DNA of 53,486 nucleotides from Patescibacteria group bacterium (GTDB lineage Bacteria; Patescibacteriota; Doudnabacteria; UBA920): NCBI GenBank assembly GCA_023484515.1, contig JAMDAY010000035.1, positions 1 to 53,486 of the forward strand, read 5' to 3'. Shown piece by piece: positions 26,945 to 35,402 of this stretch (position 1 is its first letter; each line of letters starts with the position of its first letter). The notes under the pieces were generated by a model. It saw only the letters and a program-made list of their open reading frames with translations, ran no database searches and was not told where the DNA came from. The position numbers and the translations under genes were made by a program.

Positions 26945-28855
26945 ATGTCGATATCACTTGAACAATTTTCACAGGGTAAGCCGGTAACAGTAACCGGCAA
27001 TCAATCCCAAGAATTAGAGGCCAAACAAAATTCCGATGGCAAGGGCTTTTTCAACAAAGTTGGATCGGCTATTGTTGATTATGGTAAGCGTGTTGGTCAG
27101 GACTATTATAAAGGCGCTGAAAATATTGTTAGGGATATTAATTTGGCAGGACAGGGAAAGCAAAATCCGCTTTCGGCAGGACTTCAAACAGCCGGTGAAT
27201 TTGCCAAAGCCGTATTTGCGCCGATAACTGAAGCTATTGCCCCGGCGGTAGAATTTAGCGCAGATAAATTGTCCAATGACAAAACATTCCAAAAAATCGC
27301 AAACAGTAAAGTTGGCGATACCATTGTGAATGCTGAAAGCGAAATTGGAACAAAATATAAAACATGGGCCGAACAGCATCCGGAAGCAGCTCGTAATTTG
27401 GAAGCTTCGGTTAATATTGGCTTATTATTAGCAGGAGAAAAACCCGGTAATAAGTTATTTGAGTCAGCAAAGCAAGGAGTTAAAACCGGCGTTGGCGGTA
27501 TAATGCCACCGCCCGGCGGTGGTGCGCCACCTGCGGTTAGAGGTGCTGTCGATGCCGTAGCGGAAGCAGCGGCAAAAATACCCGGCACCGAACCAATTGC
27601 CAATGCTGCATCTAGCGTAGGACGAACAGTTAAAAACGTAGCGGAAAAAGTTGTTGATACTGTCCAAGAAGCCAATGCAAAAGCTAATAGAATTAAAATT
27701 TTACCCCCGGCGGAACAAAACGCGGTTAGATCAGGTTTTAGTGAACAGGTAGTTAATTTTTTGCATTCAGCTACCCCGGAAGATAAATCTGCCTTTCAAA
27801 AAATGTTTGATATTGCCGAAAAGAAAGCAACGGATTTGCGATTAAATACGCAGCCGCTTGAAGTCGCCGGACAAAATATACTGAACCAATTAGTGTTGCC
27901 AGTTTCCAGTAAAATTAAAGACTTGTCTTATAAGGTTGGCCAGATAGTAAATAAAATGCCAACTGAAGCAATTGATATAACTCCAGAGGCTCAACAGTTT
28001 TTTGATATGTTAGCTAAGAAAGGTATAGAGATAACTGGTGAAGGAAAATTGTTGGAAAATCTAGCAGAAAAAGTTATAGATGGCAAAGGATCAGCTTTAA
28101 AAGAAACTGCGGGCAAACTTGTAAATACAGGGGAAGTGCCTAGTCCCGATATGAAGTTTTACCAAATGATGTATGACTTATTAGAACCGGATAAAAATGG
28201 ACAAGTTTTAAGGACCCCACAGAAATTACATGCATTTAGGGAAAGAGTATTTGAGGAATTAAATCTTGCTAAAGCACGGCAAGAAACTTTTTCCGGTGGT
28301 TTAGAGCAGGCAGCAGAAAAATTTAGAGGTTTGTTAATGAAACCCTTGCGTAATTTGGATGAAAATTATTTTAGGTATAGCAAACAAATGGCGCAGTCCA
28401 TACCACCCTTGATGAATTTTGTGAAGCTAATTGGTTATAAAGGAAATTTGGACGGAATAGGTGCTAAAACCTTGCGTGCTGGCGAGGTAGCAGCAAGGAT
28501 TCTTGGTAATGCCGCGGACCGTCCATTATCAACTTTAAGTGATCTACAGAAGGTTGTTGAAAACGTAATTGGTAAAAAAATAGCAATGAACCTTACCGAT
28601 CAGATTAAGTTTGCAGATATGCTAGAAAACTTATTTGGCACTGCACAAACAAGAAGCCTACGCGGTCAAGTCGGACGCGCAGGCATGGATGTTGCTATGG
28701 AAACCGCCGGGGCGATGGGTGATGCGGCATCAGGCGATCTTAGGGGTGTATTGGCTAGGACACTTAAAGCGGTTTTAGGTAAAGGCGATAAGGAACAGAT
28801 TAAAGCTTTGAAGGAATTATTGGATACATTAGTTAATGAAGATGTGCCGTTTTAG
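26945..28855 (+). CDS. Putative internal virion/DNA-ejection protein
   Basis: Large A/G/K-rich helical protein ending the structural operon. Confidence 0.5.
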   Translation: MSISLEQFSQGKPVTVTGNQSQELEAKQNSDGKGFFNKVGSAIVDYGKRVGQDYYKGAENIVRDINLAGQGKQNPLSAGLQTAGEFAKAVFAPITEAIAPAVEFSADKLSNDKTFQKIANSKVGDTIVNAESEIGTKYKTWAEQHPEAARNLEASVNIGLLLAGEKPGNKLFESAKQGVKTGVGGIMPPPGGGAPPAVRGAVDAVAEAAAKIPGTEPIANAASSVGRTVKNVAEKVVDTVQEANAKANRIKILPPAEQNAVRSGFSEQVVNFLHSATPEDKSAFQKMFDIAEKKATDLRLNTQPLEVAGQNILNQLVLPVSSKIKDLSYKVGQIVNKMPTEAIDITPEAQQFFDMLAKKGIEITGEGKLLENLAEKVIDGKGSALKETAGKLVNTGEVPSPDMKFYQMMYDLLEPDKNGQVLRTPQKLHAFRERVFEELNLAKARQETFSGGLEQAAEKFRGLLMKPLRNLDENYFRYSKQMAQSIPPLMNFVKLIGYKGNLDGIGAKTLRAGEVAARILGNAADRPLSTLSDLQKVVENVIGKKIAMNLTDQIKFADMLENLFGTAQTRSLRGQVGRAGMDVAMETAGAMGDAASGDLRGVLARTLKAVLGKGDKEQIKALKELLDTLVNEDVPF

Positions 28856-29136
28856 ACAACGCCATTATAAATTATAGCGACAAAAAATATTATTGCCAAA
28901 ACAGCACCGGTGGAATACAACACTGCTTTACGATGTTTAAGATAAAAAGTCCTTATTATATTTATTGGTTTAATAAAAAATAAGGTAATAATATTTGTCA
29001 ATAATTTCCATAGCATCTTTAAAAACTTATACATCCCTATTAAAGATAAAGAAGATATTACTAGAAACCCGGCTAAAATATAGTCCCAAAAAAGAAATAT
29101 TATCAGGGCTATTAGTATTGCAATAAGAAAGATCAT
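28852..29136 (-). CDS. Small membrane protein (moron)
   Basis: Highly hydrophobic, AT-rich, antisense to the phage operon. Confidence 0.6.
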   Translation of the reverse strand: MIFLIAILIALIIFLFWDYILAGFLVISSLSLIGMYKFLKMLWKLLTNIITLFFIKPINIIRTFYLKHRKAVLYSTGAVLAIIFFVAIIYNGVV

Positions 29137-29140
29137 AAAT

Positions 29141-29281
29141 TTAATTAATTTTTTTAATTTTACGATAAATCATTCCAAAAGGTATGACTAAAAGTATATA
29201 CAAAGGAATCAAAATTAAATAAGTAAATAATGCTACTGGTATAGCCCAAAATATATAATTTAAAATAAGTTTTAGTCTCAT
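29141..29281 (-). CDS. 46-aa membrane protein (not in ORF track)
   Basis: MRLKLILNYIFWAIPVALFTYLILIPLYILLVIPFGMIYRKIKKIN; abuts both neighbouring ORFs. Confidence 0.55.
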   Translation of the reverse strand: MRLKLILNYIFWAIPVALFTYLILIPLYILLVIPFGMIYRKIKKIN

Positions 29282-29527
29282 TTATTTAAGCCATTCCCAA
29301 ATTAAATTCCAAAATCGATTTCGGCCACTGTTCCAATAGGCAATATCCCGAATATAAAACATTATTGGTAATACAAATCCAAGAATTAAACCATTAATAA
29401 TATAAGATCCATCACGTGTAATTATTGCCATAGTAAAACCCAAAAATCCGAAGACCACAACCATACTAAAAAGAAAACCTAAAAACTCTTTTACAACTTC
29501 CCTGAATTTAACTTCATCTTTATCCAT
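29282..29527 (-). CDS. Small two-TM membrane protein (moron)
   Basis: Two hydrophobic helices. Confidence 0.6.
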   Translation of the reverse strand: MDKDEVKFREVVKEFLGFLFSMVVVFGFLGFTMAIITRDGSYIINGLILGFVLPIMFYIRDIAYWNSGRNRFWNLIWEWLK

Positions 29528-29537
29528 AGATAAGCCA

Positions 29538-29566
29538 GTTATAGCAGAAAATATTTATTTTGTCAA
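29538..29566 (-). promoter_or_regulatory. Sigma70 promoter for the antisense moron operon
   Basis: TTGACA-17 bp-TATAAC with TG extension, ending 10 bp before ATG 29527. Confidence 0.7.
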
Positions 29567-29639
29567 ACCAAAATAAAAACGCCGCGGGGGTGCCTAACTC
29601 TCTGCACCCCCGCTAAAACTAATCATTAACATAAATCAA

Positions 29640-29777
29640 ATGTGGCAAAAATATTGCATTGATGGATTCCATTTTTGGTTTCTGCACCACCACTTGATTC
29701 TGACGGCAATCAGCATAATTGCTGGCGCGTGGACAGAAAAGCGCTTTGGCTGGTGGGGATTTTTATTCAACAAATAA
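29640..29777 (+). CDS. 45-aa hydrophobic protein, possible holin-like (not in ORF track)
   Basis: MWQKYCIDGFHFWFLHHHLILTAISIIAGAWTEKRFGWWGFLFNK. Confidence 0.4.
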   Translation: MWQKYCIDGFHFWFLHHHLILTAISIIAGAWTEKRFGWWGFLFNK

Positions 29778-29796
29778 AAATTTAAATTAGAACGCT

Positions 29797-29985
29797 ATGG
29801 ATTCTCAAAAACAAAATGAGATCATGCGATGGGTGAGCTTTGTAATTGTTTCTATCTTACTGCTTATTGCCGGATTCAAAAATTTGAAGGACAATCAGCC
29901 GTATGATAAAACCCTGACAACCCTATTTTTGGTCGTAACCGGCTTTGCGTGGGGGGCAAACCTGTGGCGTTTTTTCAAAAAATAA
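29797..29985 (+). CDS. Holin-like two-TM protein
   Basis: Two TM helices, basic C-terminus, directly upstream of lysin. Confidence 0.55.
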   Translation: MDSQKQNEIMRWVSFVIVSILLLIAGFKNLKDNQPYDKTLTTLFLVVTGFAWGANLWRFFKK

Positions 29986-29989
29986 ATAT

Positions 29990-30982
29990 ATGGATATAAA
30001 ACCAATTATAGAAAAAATATATCCGGAAGGATCCGCAGGCGGCCAGTGCGGCGATTTTGCGCATAAGCTGATAGATTTCCCTTCCATTGGCGATAGTTAC
30101 AGCCAAAAGAAGAAATCGGTTCAGCAATACGGCATTTTGCGCGATTACGTGGGTAACAAATTCCGCCGCGGGGATGTTGTCATAACTGACGAAGGCACTT
30201 TTTTGGGTATTGGATCCGGTCACGTGGCAACAATTTTAGATCCGAAAACTTTGGCCGTGGTGGAAAGCAACTACTTCAAAGATGGTAAAGTGCATTACGG
30301 CCGCAAGGTCCAGCCAAACAGGATCTACGGGGTGATTCGCGGGGCGTATAAGTTTCCGCTAGATTTGCCAAAACTGCTGACGTTAAAAATTTGCTTGCTG
30401 ATGAATTATAAAAAGCCGTGGGGTGCTGTGTATCCCGAAATGCTGCAAGAGTGGTTTTATGAAAATTCCAATCGGACCGTGAAGCTCGAGATCTTTCCGC
30501 TATACACAAACTTCACGGGTATAACTGACCAGGCCAACTACAAGGCCGAAGGGGTAAACGGTCCAAATAATTATTACTTTTATAACGTGCCTTCCCGGGA
30601 ATGGCTAAAGGATACGGTCATGCCGCTGCGCTTTGCCAGCGACAACCAACTGCCGGATCTGACCATCCTGTGCGTATCGAAGCAGGATTGGCGCGGATCG
30701 GTATTCAACGCGGACGGCGCCGCGGAAATTGGCTACTACTACGCCGGCGATGACATGGTGGTGTTGCAGGTGGACGAAGGCGATGTCAGTATGTTCCATT
30801 ACGGCCTGCCGGCGTTCGTCGATTATCTGATCCATGAAATGTCGCACTGGCTTTACGACAAGGCTTTGGACTACAGCCAGCAAGCCGGCACGGACCGCAC
30901 GCACTACTACTATCAGTTGAATCAGATGGACAAGATTTTTAATGATATTAATTTAAAACAATTAATGGTAAACAAAAATTAG
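29990..30982 (+). CDS. Endolysin-like: CHAP domain + zincin (HExxH) domain
   Basis: GQCGDFA, GHVA, VESNY (CHAP triad); IHEMSH in C-half; likely ATG at 29990. Confidence 0.72.
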   Translation: MDIKPIIEKIYPEGSAGGQCGDFAHKLIDFPSIGDSYSQKKKSVQQYGILRDYVGNKFRRGDVVITDEGTFLGIGSGHVATILDPKTLAVVESNYFKDGKVHYGRKVQPNRIYGVIRGAYKFPLDLPKLLTLKICLLMNYKKPWGAVYPEMLQEWFYENSNRTVKLEIFPLYTNFTGITDQANYKAEGVNGPNNYYFYNVPSREWLKDTVMPLRFASDNQLPDLTILCVSKQDWRGSVFNADGAAEIGYYYAGDDMVVLQVDEGDVSMFHYGLPAFVDYLIHEMSHWLYDKALDYSQQAGTDRTHYYYQLNQMDKIFNDINLKQLMVNKN

Positions 30983-30983
30983 T

Positions 30984-31169
30984 ATGGATATACTAACATC
31001 TGCCAGCAAAACGGTGTTTGTCTTGATGGCTTTGGCAACCATCGCAGGTTTGTTTTTAGGGAAGATCGATCCTAAAGACTTTATGATTTTGGCATCAATG
31101 GCTTTTTCCTTCTACTTCGCTTACAAGGGGTCTTCCGCGCCAAATGAACCGCCATTCGCGGGAAAATAG
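30984..31169 (+). CDS. Holin-like two-TM protein
   Basis: Two TM helices directly downstream of lysin. Confidence 0.6.
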   Translation: MDILTSASKTVFVLMALATIAGLFLGKIDPKDFMILASMAFSFYFAYKGSSAPNEPPFAGK

Positions 31170-31175
31170 CTTTTG

Positions 31176-31235
31176 TGATATAATACCCATAGATTCACGG
31201 AAAGACCGAAATCGTATTGATTTCGGTCTTTTTTC
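31176..31235 (+). promoter_or_regulatory. Extended -10 promoter + attenuator module 3
   Basis: TG-a-TATAAT 31176-31184; GATTCA-CGG-AAAGA-CCG-AAATC; terminator AAAGACCGAAATC-GTATT-GATTTCGGTCTTT-TTT. Confidence 0.72.
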
Positions 31236-31297
31236 TATTAACTCATGCTAGGTTTTGGAGGGTTTGGAGGGGCCTAAATTGAGATAGTGGGGATTAT

Positions 31298-31888
31298 ATC
31301 AAAAATTTCAAATTCTGGCCGCTGCTTTGGCTACTGGCAATACTGGCTGCACTGATTATGCTGATCCCAAATTCCGCGGCTGAAACAAATTCACATGACC
31401 AAATTGGCAACGAAACAAATAACCAAGCTGCTGCATTTACTGGCCCGGTCCTGCCGGCGGGATTTGCCGTGCCAAAAACAGTTCCAAAAGATAAAGGCCC
31501 GGGTGTGGCAACGGATCTTAAATCGCCTGCGGGGGATGCCGCGGTTGTCCGGGAATACCTTGAAGCTGCCGGCAGTCCGCTTGCACCATACGCGGACCAG
31601 ATCGCGCAGTCTGACTTTTGGGCCGTGCTTATCGGAATCTGCACGATCGAGCAATACGGCTGCACGAAAGCGCCTGATTGGAATTATTGGGGGATGATGC
31701 TGCCCGGCGGCGGCCTGCGGAAATTTGAATCCGCGGAAGAAGCTATCGCCTTCATGGATGCCTACTTTATCCGGCTCTACGAATCCAGAAAAACGGTGGA
31801 ATCGCTGCGCGGCTACTACTGTGCTTCCGCCTGCACTAATTGGGAACCAACGGTTGTCAGGGTAAAACGCCTGTTAGAAAGCAAATAA
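31298..31888 (+). CDS. Secreted lysozyme-fold/glucosaminidase-like cell-wall hydrolase
   Basis: YLEAAGSPLA, IGICTIEQ, NYWG, F.S.EEAI; in-frame hydrophobic signal upstream of ATG 31358; start uncertain. Confidence 0.55.
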   Translation: MKNFKFWPLLWLLAILAALIMLIPNSAAETNSHDQIGNETNNQAAAFTGPVLPAGFAVPKTVPKDKGPGVATDLKSPAGDAAVVREYLEAAGSPLAPYADQIAQSDFWAVLIGICTIEQYGCTKAPDWNYWGMMLPGGGLRKFESAEEAIAFMDAYFIRLYESRKTVESLRGYYCASACTNWEPTVVRVKRLLESK

Positions 31889-31908
31889 AAACTTCATAGG
31901 AGGAAGTT

Positions 31909-32181
31909 ATGACGCATTGCCACGTGTGCCATTTAACGGTTGCGCCATTTGACCCGGAACGGGTGCAAAAGGGCATCCATGTCTATCACCGGCCGTGCCT
32001 GCGCAAGCAGGACCAAAAAGAGGAAGACGAACGCCGGCAGCGCGAACGGCTGCTGCTGTCCAAAAAGATCCGCGTTTTGAAGGCTGACCATGATGCCTAC
32101 AACCGGCTGTTTGCCAACGCAGCCAGTTTGGATCAGTGCATACAGATCCTAAAACGCGACTGGTGGCCGCAGTGCCAATAA
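31909..32181 (+). CDS. Small Zn-binding protein
   Basis: CxxC...HxxC; SD AGGAGG. Confidence 0.55.
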   Translation: MTHCHVCHLTVAPFDPERVQKGIHVYHRPCLRKQDQKEEDERRQRERLLLSKKIRVLKADHDAYNRLFANAASLDQCIQILKRDWWPQCQ

Positions 32182-32187
32182 CAGCAA

Positions 32188-32227
32188 GAAGCGCCGGCCG
32201 TCTTTCGGGCTTGGCGCTTCTCTCTTT
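32188..32227 (+). terminator. Intrinsic terminator
   Basis: GAAGCGCC...GGCGCTTC stem followed by TCTCTTT. Confidence 0.6.
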
Positions 32228-32301
32228 GGTGGTTATTACATCACCGCAGAATGCTCAAATGGACATATATGTGAAATATTAGACGTTTGACAAATAAACT
32301 C

Positions 32302-32329
32302 TTGACAAAGCGAAAAATCGGTATAGAAT
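32302..32329 (+). promoter_or_regulatory. Sigma70 promoter for integrase leader
   Basis: TTGACA 32302-16 bp-TAGAAT 32324. Confidence 0.6.
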
Positions 32330-32335
32330 AAAAGC

Positions 32336-32546
32336 AAATCATTAATCGTTGATCCGAAAGGATTCTTCCCGTAAGGGAATGACGCTAACAACGATTTTGT
32401 GCTATACTAAGCGCGTAAAAGGTCCAACGCTTTTTACACCGTTTGTAGTGCATCCCTATAGGGACGTTCTACGCCCTTTGTCCGCGAAAGCGGGGTAAAG
32501 GAACGCACAAATCCCCGTTGATTAGCGTCACGGGGATTTTGTGTAT
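32336..32546 (+). ncRNA. Structured integrase leader RNA (unknown class)
   Basis: Multiple GNRA-capped hairpins, a three-way junction, and long-range complementarity between 32380-32393 and 32516-32530. Confidence 0.55.
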
Positions 32547-33491
32547 ATGAAAATTGGCGACTTTTTTGGGGGGTTGCTCGAACACAAAAAAGCGCAAAAC
32601 CTAAATCAAAAGACATTCGATGAATACAAAAGGCTATGGGAAAAGGTGCTAATTCCGTCAGGGGTGCCGGACATAGAAATCGACAGATTAAAGAAAAATG
32701 ATGTGGATAAGATCTTGCTTGCCGGCCAGCAGCACGGGATGTTTGGCGGACAGCGCGGGGTGGTGTTGCGGCAGCTTTTAGAATACATCCGGGGGGAAGG
32801 CCATGCCACGTCAGTCAATTGGTGGGAAATTTCGCTGCCTACGGTAGCCAAAAAGGAAGTGGATTGGCTCGATCAAGACGAATGGCAAAAAGTCAGAAAC
32901 GCTTTTAATTTAAATTGGATAATTGGAATACGCGATCGTGCTTTGGTTGAAATCCTTCACGCCAGCGGGATGCGCATCGGGGAGGCTTTGTCACTAAATC
33001 GCGATACTATAGTTTGGGAAAAGAGGGAAGCGGAAATTATCGGTGGCAAGAAGCCGTATAAGCCGCGGAAGGTTTACTTCACGGACGAAAGTTTACAGCA
33101 TTTGAAAAATTATCTGGATCTGCGCAATGATAATTTTCCGCCGCTGTTCGTGTCTTTGACCGGGCAGCGCGCTTCGCCGGCAGGCGTGCGGCGGACCATC
33201 CACACGGCTATGAAGCTGGCCGGCATTAAAAAGCGGATCCATCCGCACATCTTCCGCAGCACCTTTGCCACGGAACTATTGCACGGCCGGACGGACATCA
33301 AGAGCGTGCAGGCTTTATGCGGCCACGAAAGCGAACGGACCACGCTGCGCTACTACGCCGCGGTCAGCAAATCCCGCTGCAAGGAAGAACATCAGCGGGT
33401 AATGAATAAGCCCTACGTGGTAAAGACTGATTACATCAAACAACAGGTCTGGAAGATCACGCCGGCGGGACTGGTGGAAAAGTCGGTTTGA
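32547..33491 (+). CDS. Tyrosine recombinase/integrase (XerD-like)
   Basis: RDRAL, SGMRIGE, HPHIFRST, GHES, TTLRYY catalytic residues. Confidence 0.93.
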   Translation: MKIGDFFGGLLEHKKAQNLNQKTFDEYKRLWEKVLIPSGVPDIEIDRLKKNDVDKILLAGQQHGMFGGQRGVVLRQLLEYIRGEGHATSVNWWEISLPTVAKKEVDWLDQDEWQKVRNAFNLNWIIGIRDRALVEILHASGMRIGEALSLNRDTIVWEKREAEIIGGKKPYKPRKVYFTDESLQHLKNYLDLRNDNFPPLFVSLTGQRASPAGVRRTIHTAMKLAGIKKRIHPHIFRSTFATELLHGRTDIKSVQALCGHESERTTLRYYAAVSKSRCKEEHQRVMNKPYVVKTDYIKQQVWKITPAGLVEKSV

Positions 33492-33526
33492 CTTGTGGGG
33501 TCTTTGGGTTTATACTGATAATAACT

Positions 33527-33697
33527 ATGGCATACCCAAAGAAAGAAAAACGGAATAAGGATCTTATTAAAATGGTTCACCGCGGCGAATCCTATGAAGA
33601 AGTGGGGAATCATTTTAATATTGATCGGAAAACAGCATGGGATTTGCATAAGCAGTGGTGTCCGGTGTATTATGATAAATGCCCGTTGGAAAATTAG
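33527..33697 (+). CDS. Small HTH DNA-binding protein
   Basis: GESYEEVGNHFNIDRKTAW HTH; ATG at 33527. Confidence 0.6.
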   Translation: MAYPKKEKRNKDLIKMVHRGESYEEVGNHFNIDRKTAWDLHKQWCPVYYDKCPLEN

Positions 33698-33741
33698 CAC
33701 GTGGGGTGTTGTGGATAACTACCCTTGCAATTTGTGGGGGG

Positions 33742-33996
33742 TTATGCTAAGATAAGTATAGGAACGTTGAAAACCGAACAGATCCAGACCTTTACAGGTA
33801 TAAAGGTGCTGGATTGAGGAAGGCCCCCGGAATCCCGCAGTGGGCAAAGCGTTAGTGTAAATATTTTAAAATCCTCTGTCGTAAAAAGGCAGGGGATTTT
33901 TTTTCTCTGCAAAGACGCCTTGATGATATTTGACTTCATCTCCGGCGTCAGGCCCGAATTCTTGCTAACAGGCTTTTGAACTTGTTTCTTAGCCAT
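33742..33996 (-). CDS. Small protein crossing the att repeat (C-terminus probably junction-derived)
   Basis: Strong SD AAGGAG before ATG; reads through the repeat. Confidence 0.4.
   Translation of the reverse strand: MAKKQVQKPVSKNSGLTPEMKSNIIKASLQRKKIPCLFTTEDFKIFTLTLCPLRDSGGLPQSSTFIPVKVWICSVFNVPILILA
33838..33854. repeat. 17-bp direct repeat, copy 1 (putative att core)
   Basis: CAGTGGGCAAAGCGTTA identical at 42772-42788. Confidence 0.8.
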
Positions 33997-34002
33997 ATTA
34001 AC

Positions 34003-34163
34003 TCCTTTCTTGATTACTTATTATGGCTATCATAGACTGGCCGCAAGTTTTAGGTGTCAAGGGATTAAAATCAGCTTTATGCCCCACGGGAAATAAATTG
34101 ATTTTACCCTTGATCAGCCTAAAAACCGGACAGTATAATGAGAGGCCATAAGGAAACAAAGGA
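34003..34163. repeat. Long imperfect palindrome A (Frpo-like)
   Basis: Arms pair over ~75 nt; TTGATC-18 bp-TATAAT in right arm. Confidence 0.7.
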
Positions 34164-34223
34164 TTTTTTGAAATTGACTTTATTTATGCAAAGTTTTAAA
34201 ATAGTGATGATAAACATAATTTT

Positions 34224-34916
34224 ATGCCATCTCAATTAATGCATAGTGTAGAAAATTTGATTTTGGGAATTCGTTATTCCCGTAGTTTTCGTATACCTGA
34301 TATTTCAGGTGAAATCGTAGACGAAATTTTATACGGCAATAACACGCCATTCGGACCCGATGTTTTTCCAAATTTAAATGACTATAGTGATGAGAAGATA
34401 CTTCACAATAAACAAACTGGGAACTTTATAAGAATTAATAGCGATGATTTAATTTTAAGAATAACCGTTAAAAATTTTGATAAAGATTTCACAAATCTTT
34501 TAGAAAAGCAGGTTCCGTATGTAGTTAATAATGTAATTATGAAGTTCGGAATAAAAAATATTTTGAGATTTGGAATGGTCTTTCGTCATAAATTCTCAAG
34601 TTCATCGGTGTTAGAAGATTTAGTAAAAAATTTTACAACTGAATCTATTCAGAATCCAAATAATGTTAGTTTGTCTTTTTCAAAAAAACTTGAAAGCTCT
34701 ACGGCAAACCTATCAGGGATTGATGATTACGTTAATACTATTCACACTTTTGCAAAGATTGAAAGCGGTATGATAGCTGAATTAGACTTTCAAAAATATT
34801 TTATACCACCCAGGGAAGATATTAGAGATGCCAAAATTGACACATTCATAAATGAGGCTAGAAGATATGTAGTCAACAATTTTCACCCTCTGTTGAGAAC
34901 TTATAATGAGGAATAA
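34224..34916 (+). CDS. TIGR04255-like protein
   Basis: Size and LILGIRY / RFGMVF / ELDF pattern; family call tentative. Confidence 0.45.
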   Translation: MPSQLMHSVENLILGIRYSRSFRIPDISGEIVDEILYGNNTPFGPDVFPNLNDYSDEKILHNKQTGNFIRINSDDLILRITVKNFDKDFTNLLEKQVPYVVNNVIMKFGIKNILRFGMVFRHKFSSSSVLEDLVKNFTTESIQNPNNVSLSFSKKLESSTANLSGIDDYVNTIHTFAKIESGMIAELDFQKYFIPPREDIRDAKIDTFINEARRYVVNNFHPLLRTYNEE

Positions 34917-35400
34917 TCATCAGAAATCAGCATTTAAAAGAATAGCCCCGAAGCGTCCCGAGGAAAGAAAGCGGTATAACGCAATTTTGAAAGGTGCAGA
35001 GAGCCTCTCGGAAGAGAGGACTTTTGATGATGAGCCAACAGAGGGGACCAATAGCCCTGCATCCCAAAATGATGAGGAAAATTTAAAAACGTCTAAGGTC
35101 ATAAAAAAATCAAAATGGCTTACCATTACAGATTCTCTGAAAAATAACATTTTAGTGCTGGGAGGAATTTTAGGCTTTGTTGCTATAATTGTTGCGGTAA
35201 CTATTTGGTTTGATGGTTTGCGGAGGGATGTTGATTCCATGAAGGAAGATATAAAAAATATACAAGCAAATTATACTCAATTGAACTCGGATCGTTTACA
35301 AGATTCGAATCAGATAGGTTTTCTAAAATCAGAAATTCAAAGGCAATTAGATTCACTTTCGAGCAGAACAGAACAGCTTGAGAAAAAAATTTTCCATTGA
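34906..35400 (+). CDS. Single-TM coiled-coil protein
   Basis: TM ILVLGGILGFVAIIVAVTIWF followed by heptads; overlaps upstream gene. Confidence 0.6.
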   Translation: MRNNHQKSAFKRIAPKRPEERKRYNAILKGAESLSEERTFDDEPTEGTNSPASQNDEENLKTSKVIKKSKWLTITDSLKNNILVLGGILGFVAIIVAVTIWFDGLRRDVDSMKEDIKNIQANYTQLNSDRLQDSNQIGFLKSEIQRQLDSLSSRTEQLEKKIFH

Positions 35401-35402
35401 TT

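Larger units (their letters stand above)
1..33854 (+). mobile_element. Prophage (podovirus-like, temperate), left end outside window
   Basis: Co-oriented replication, terminase, scaffold/capsid, portal, tail, lysis and integrase genes; no tape measure gene; ends at a 17-bp repeat ~350 bp past the integrase. Confidence 0.88.

Noticed and set aside
32336-32546. tRNA, hammerhead ribozyme or c-di-GMP riboswitch in the integrase leader
   Set aside because: No T-loop/CCA cloverleaf, no CUGAUGA core and no GEMM consensus visible
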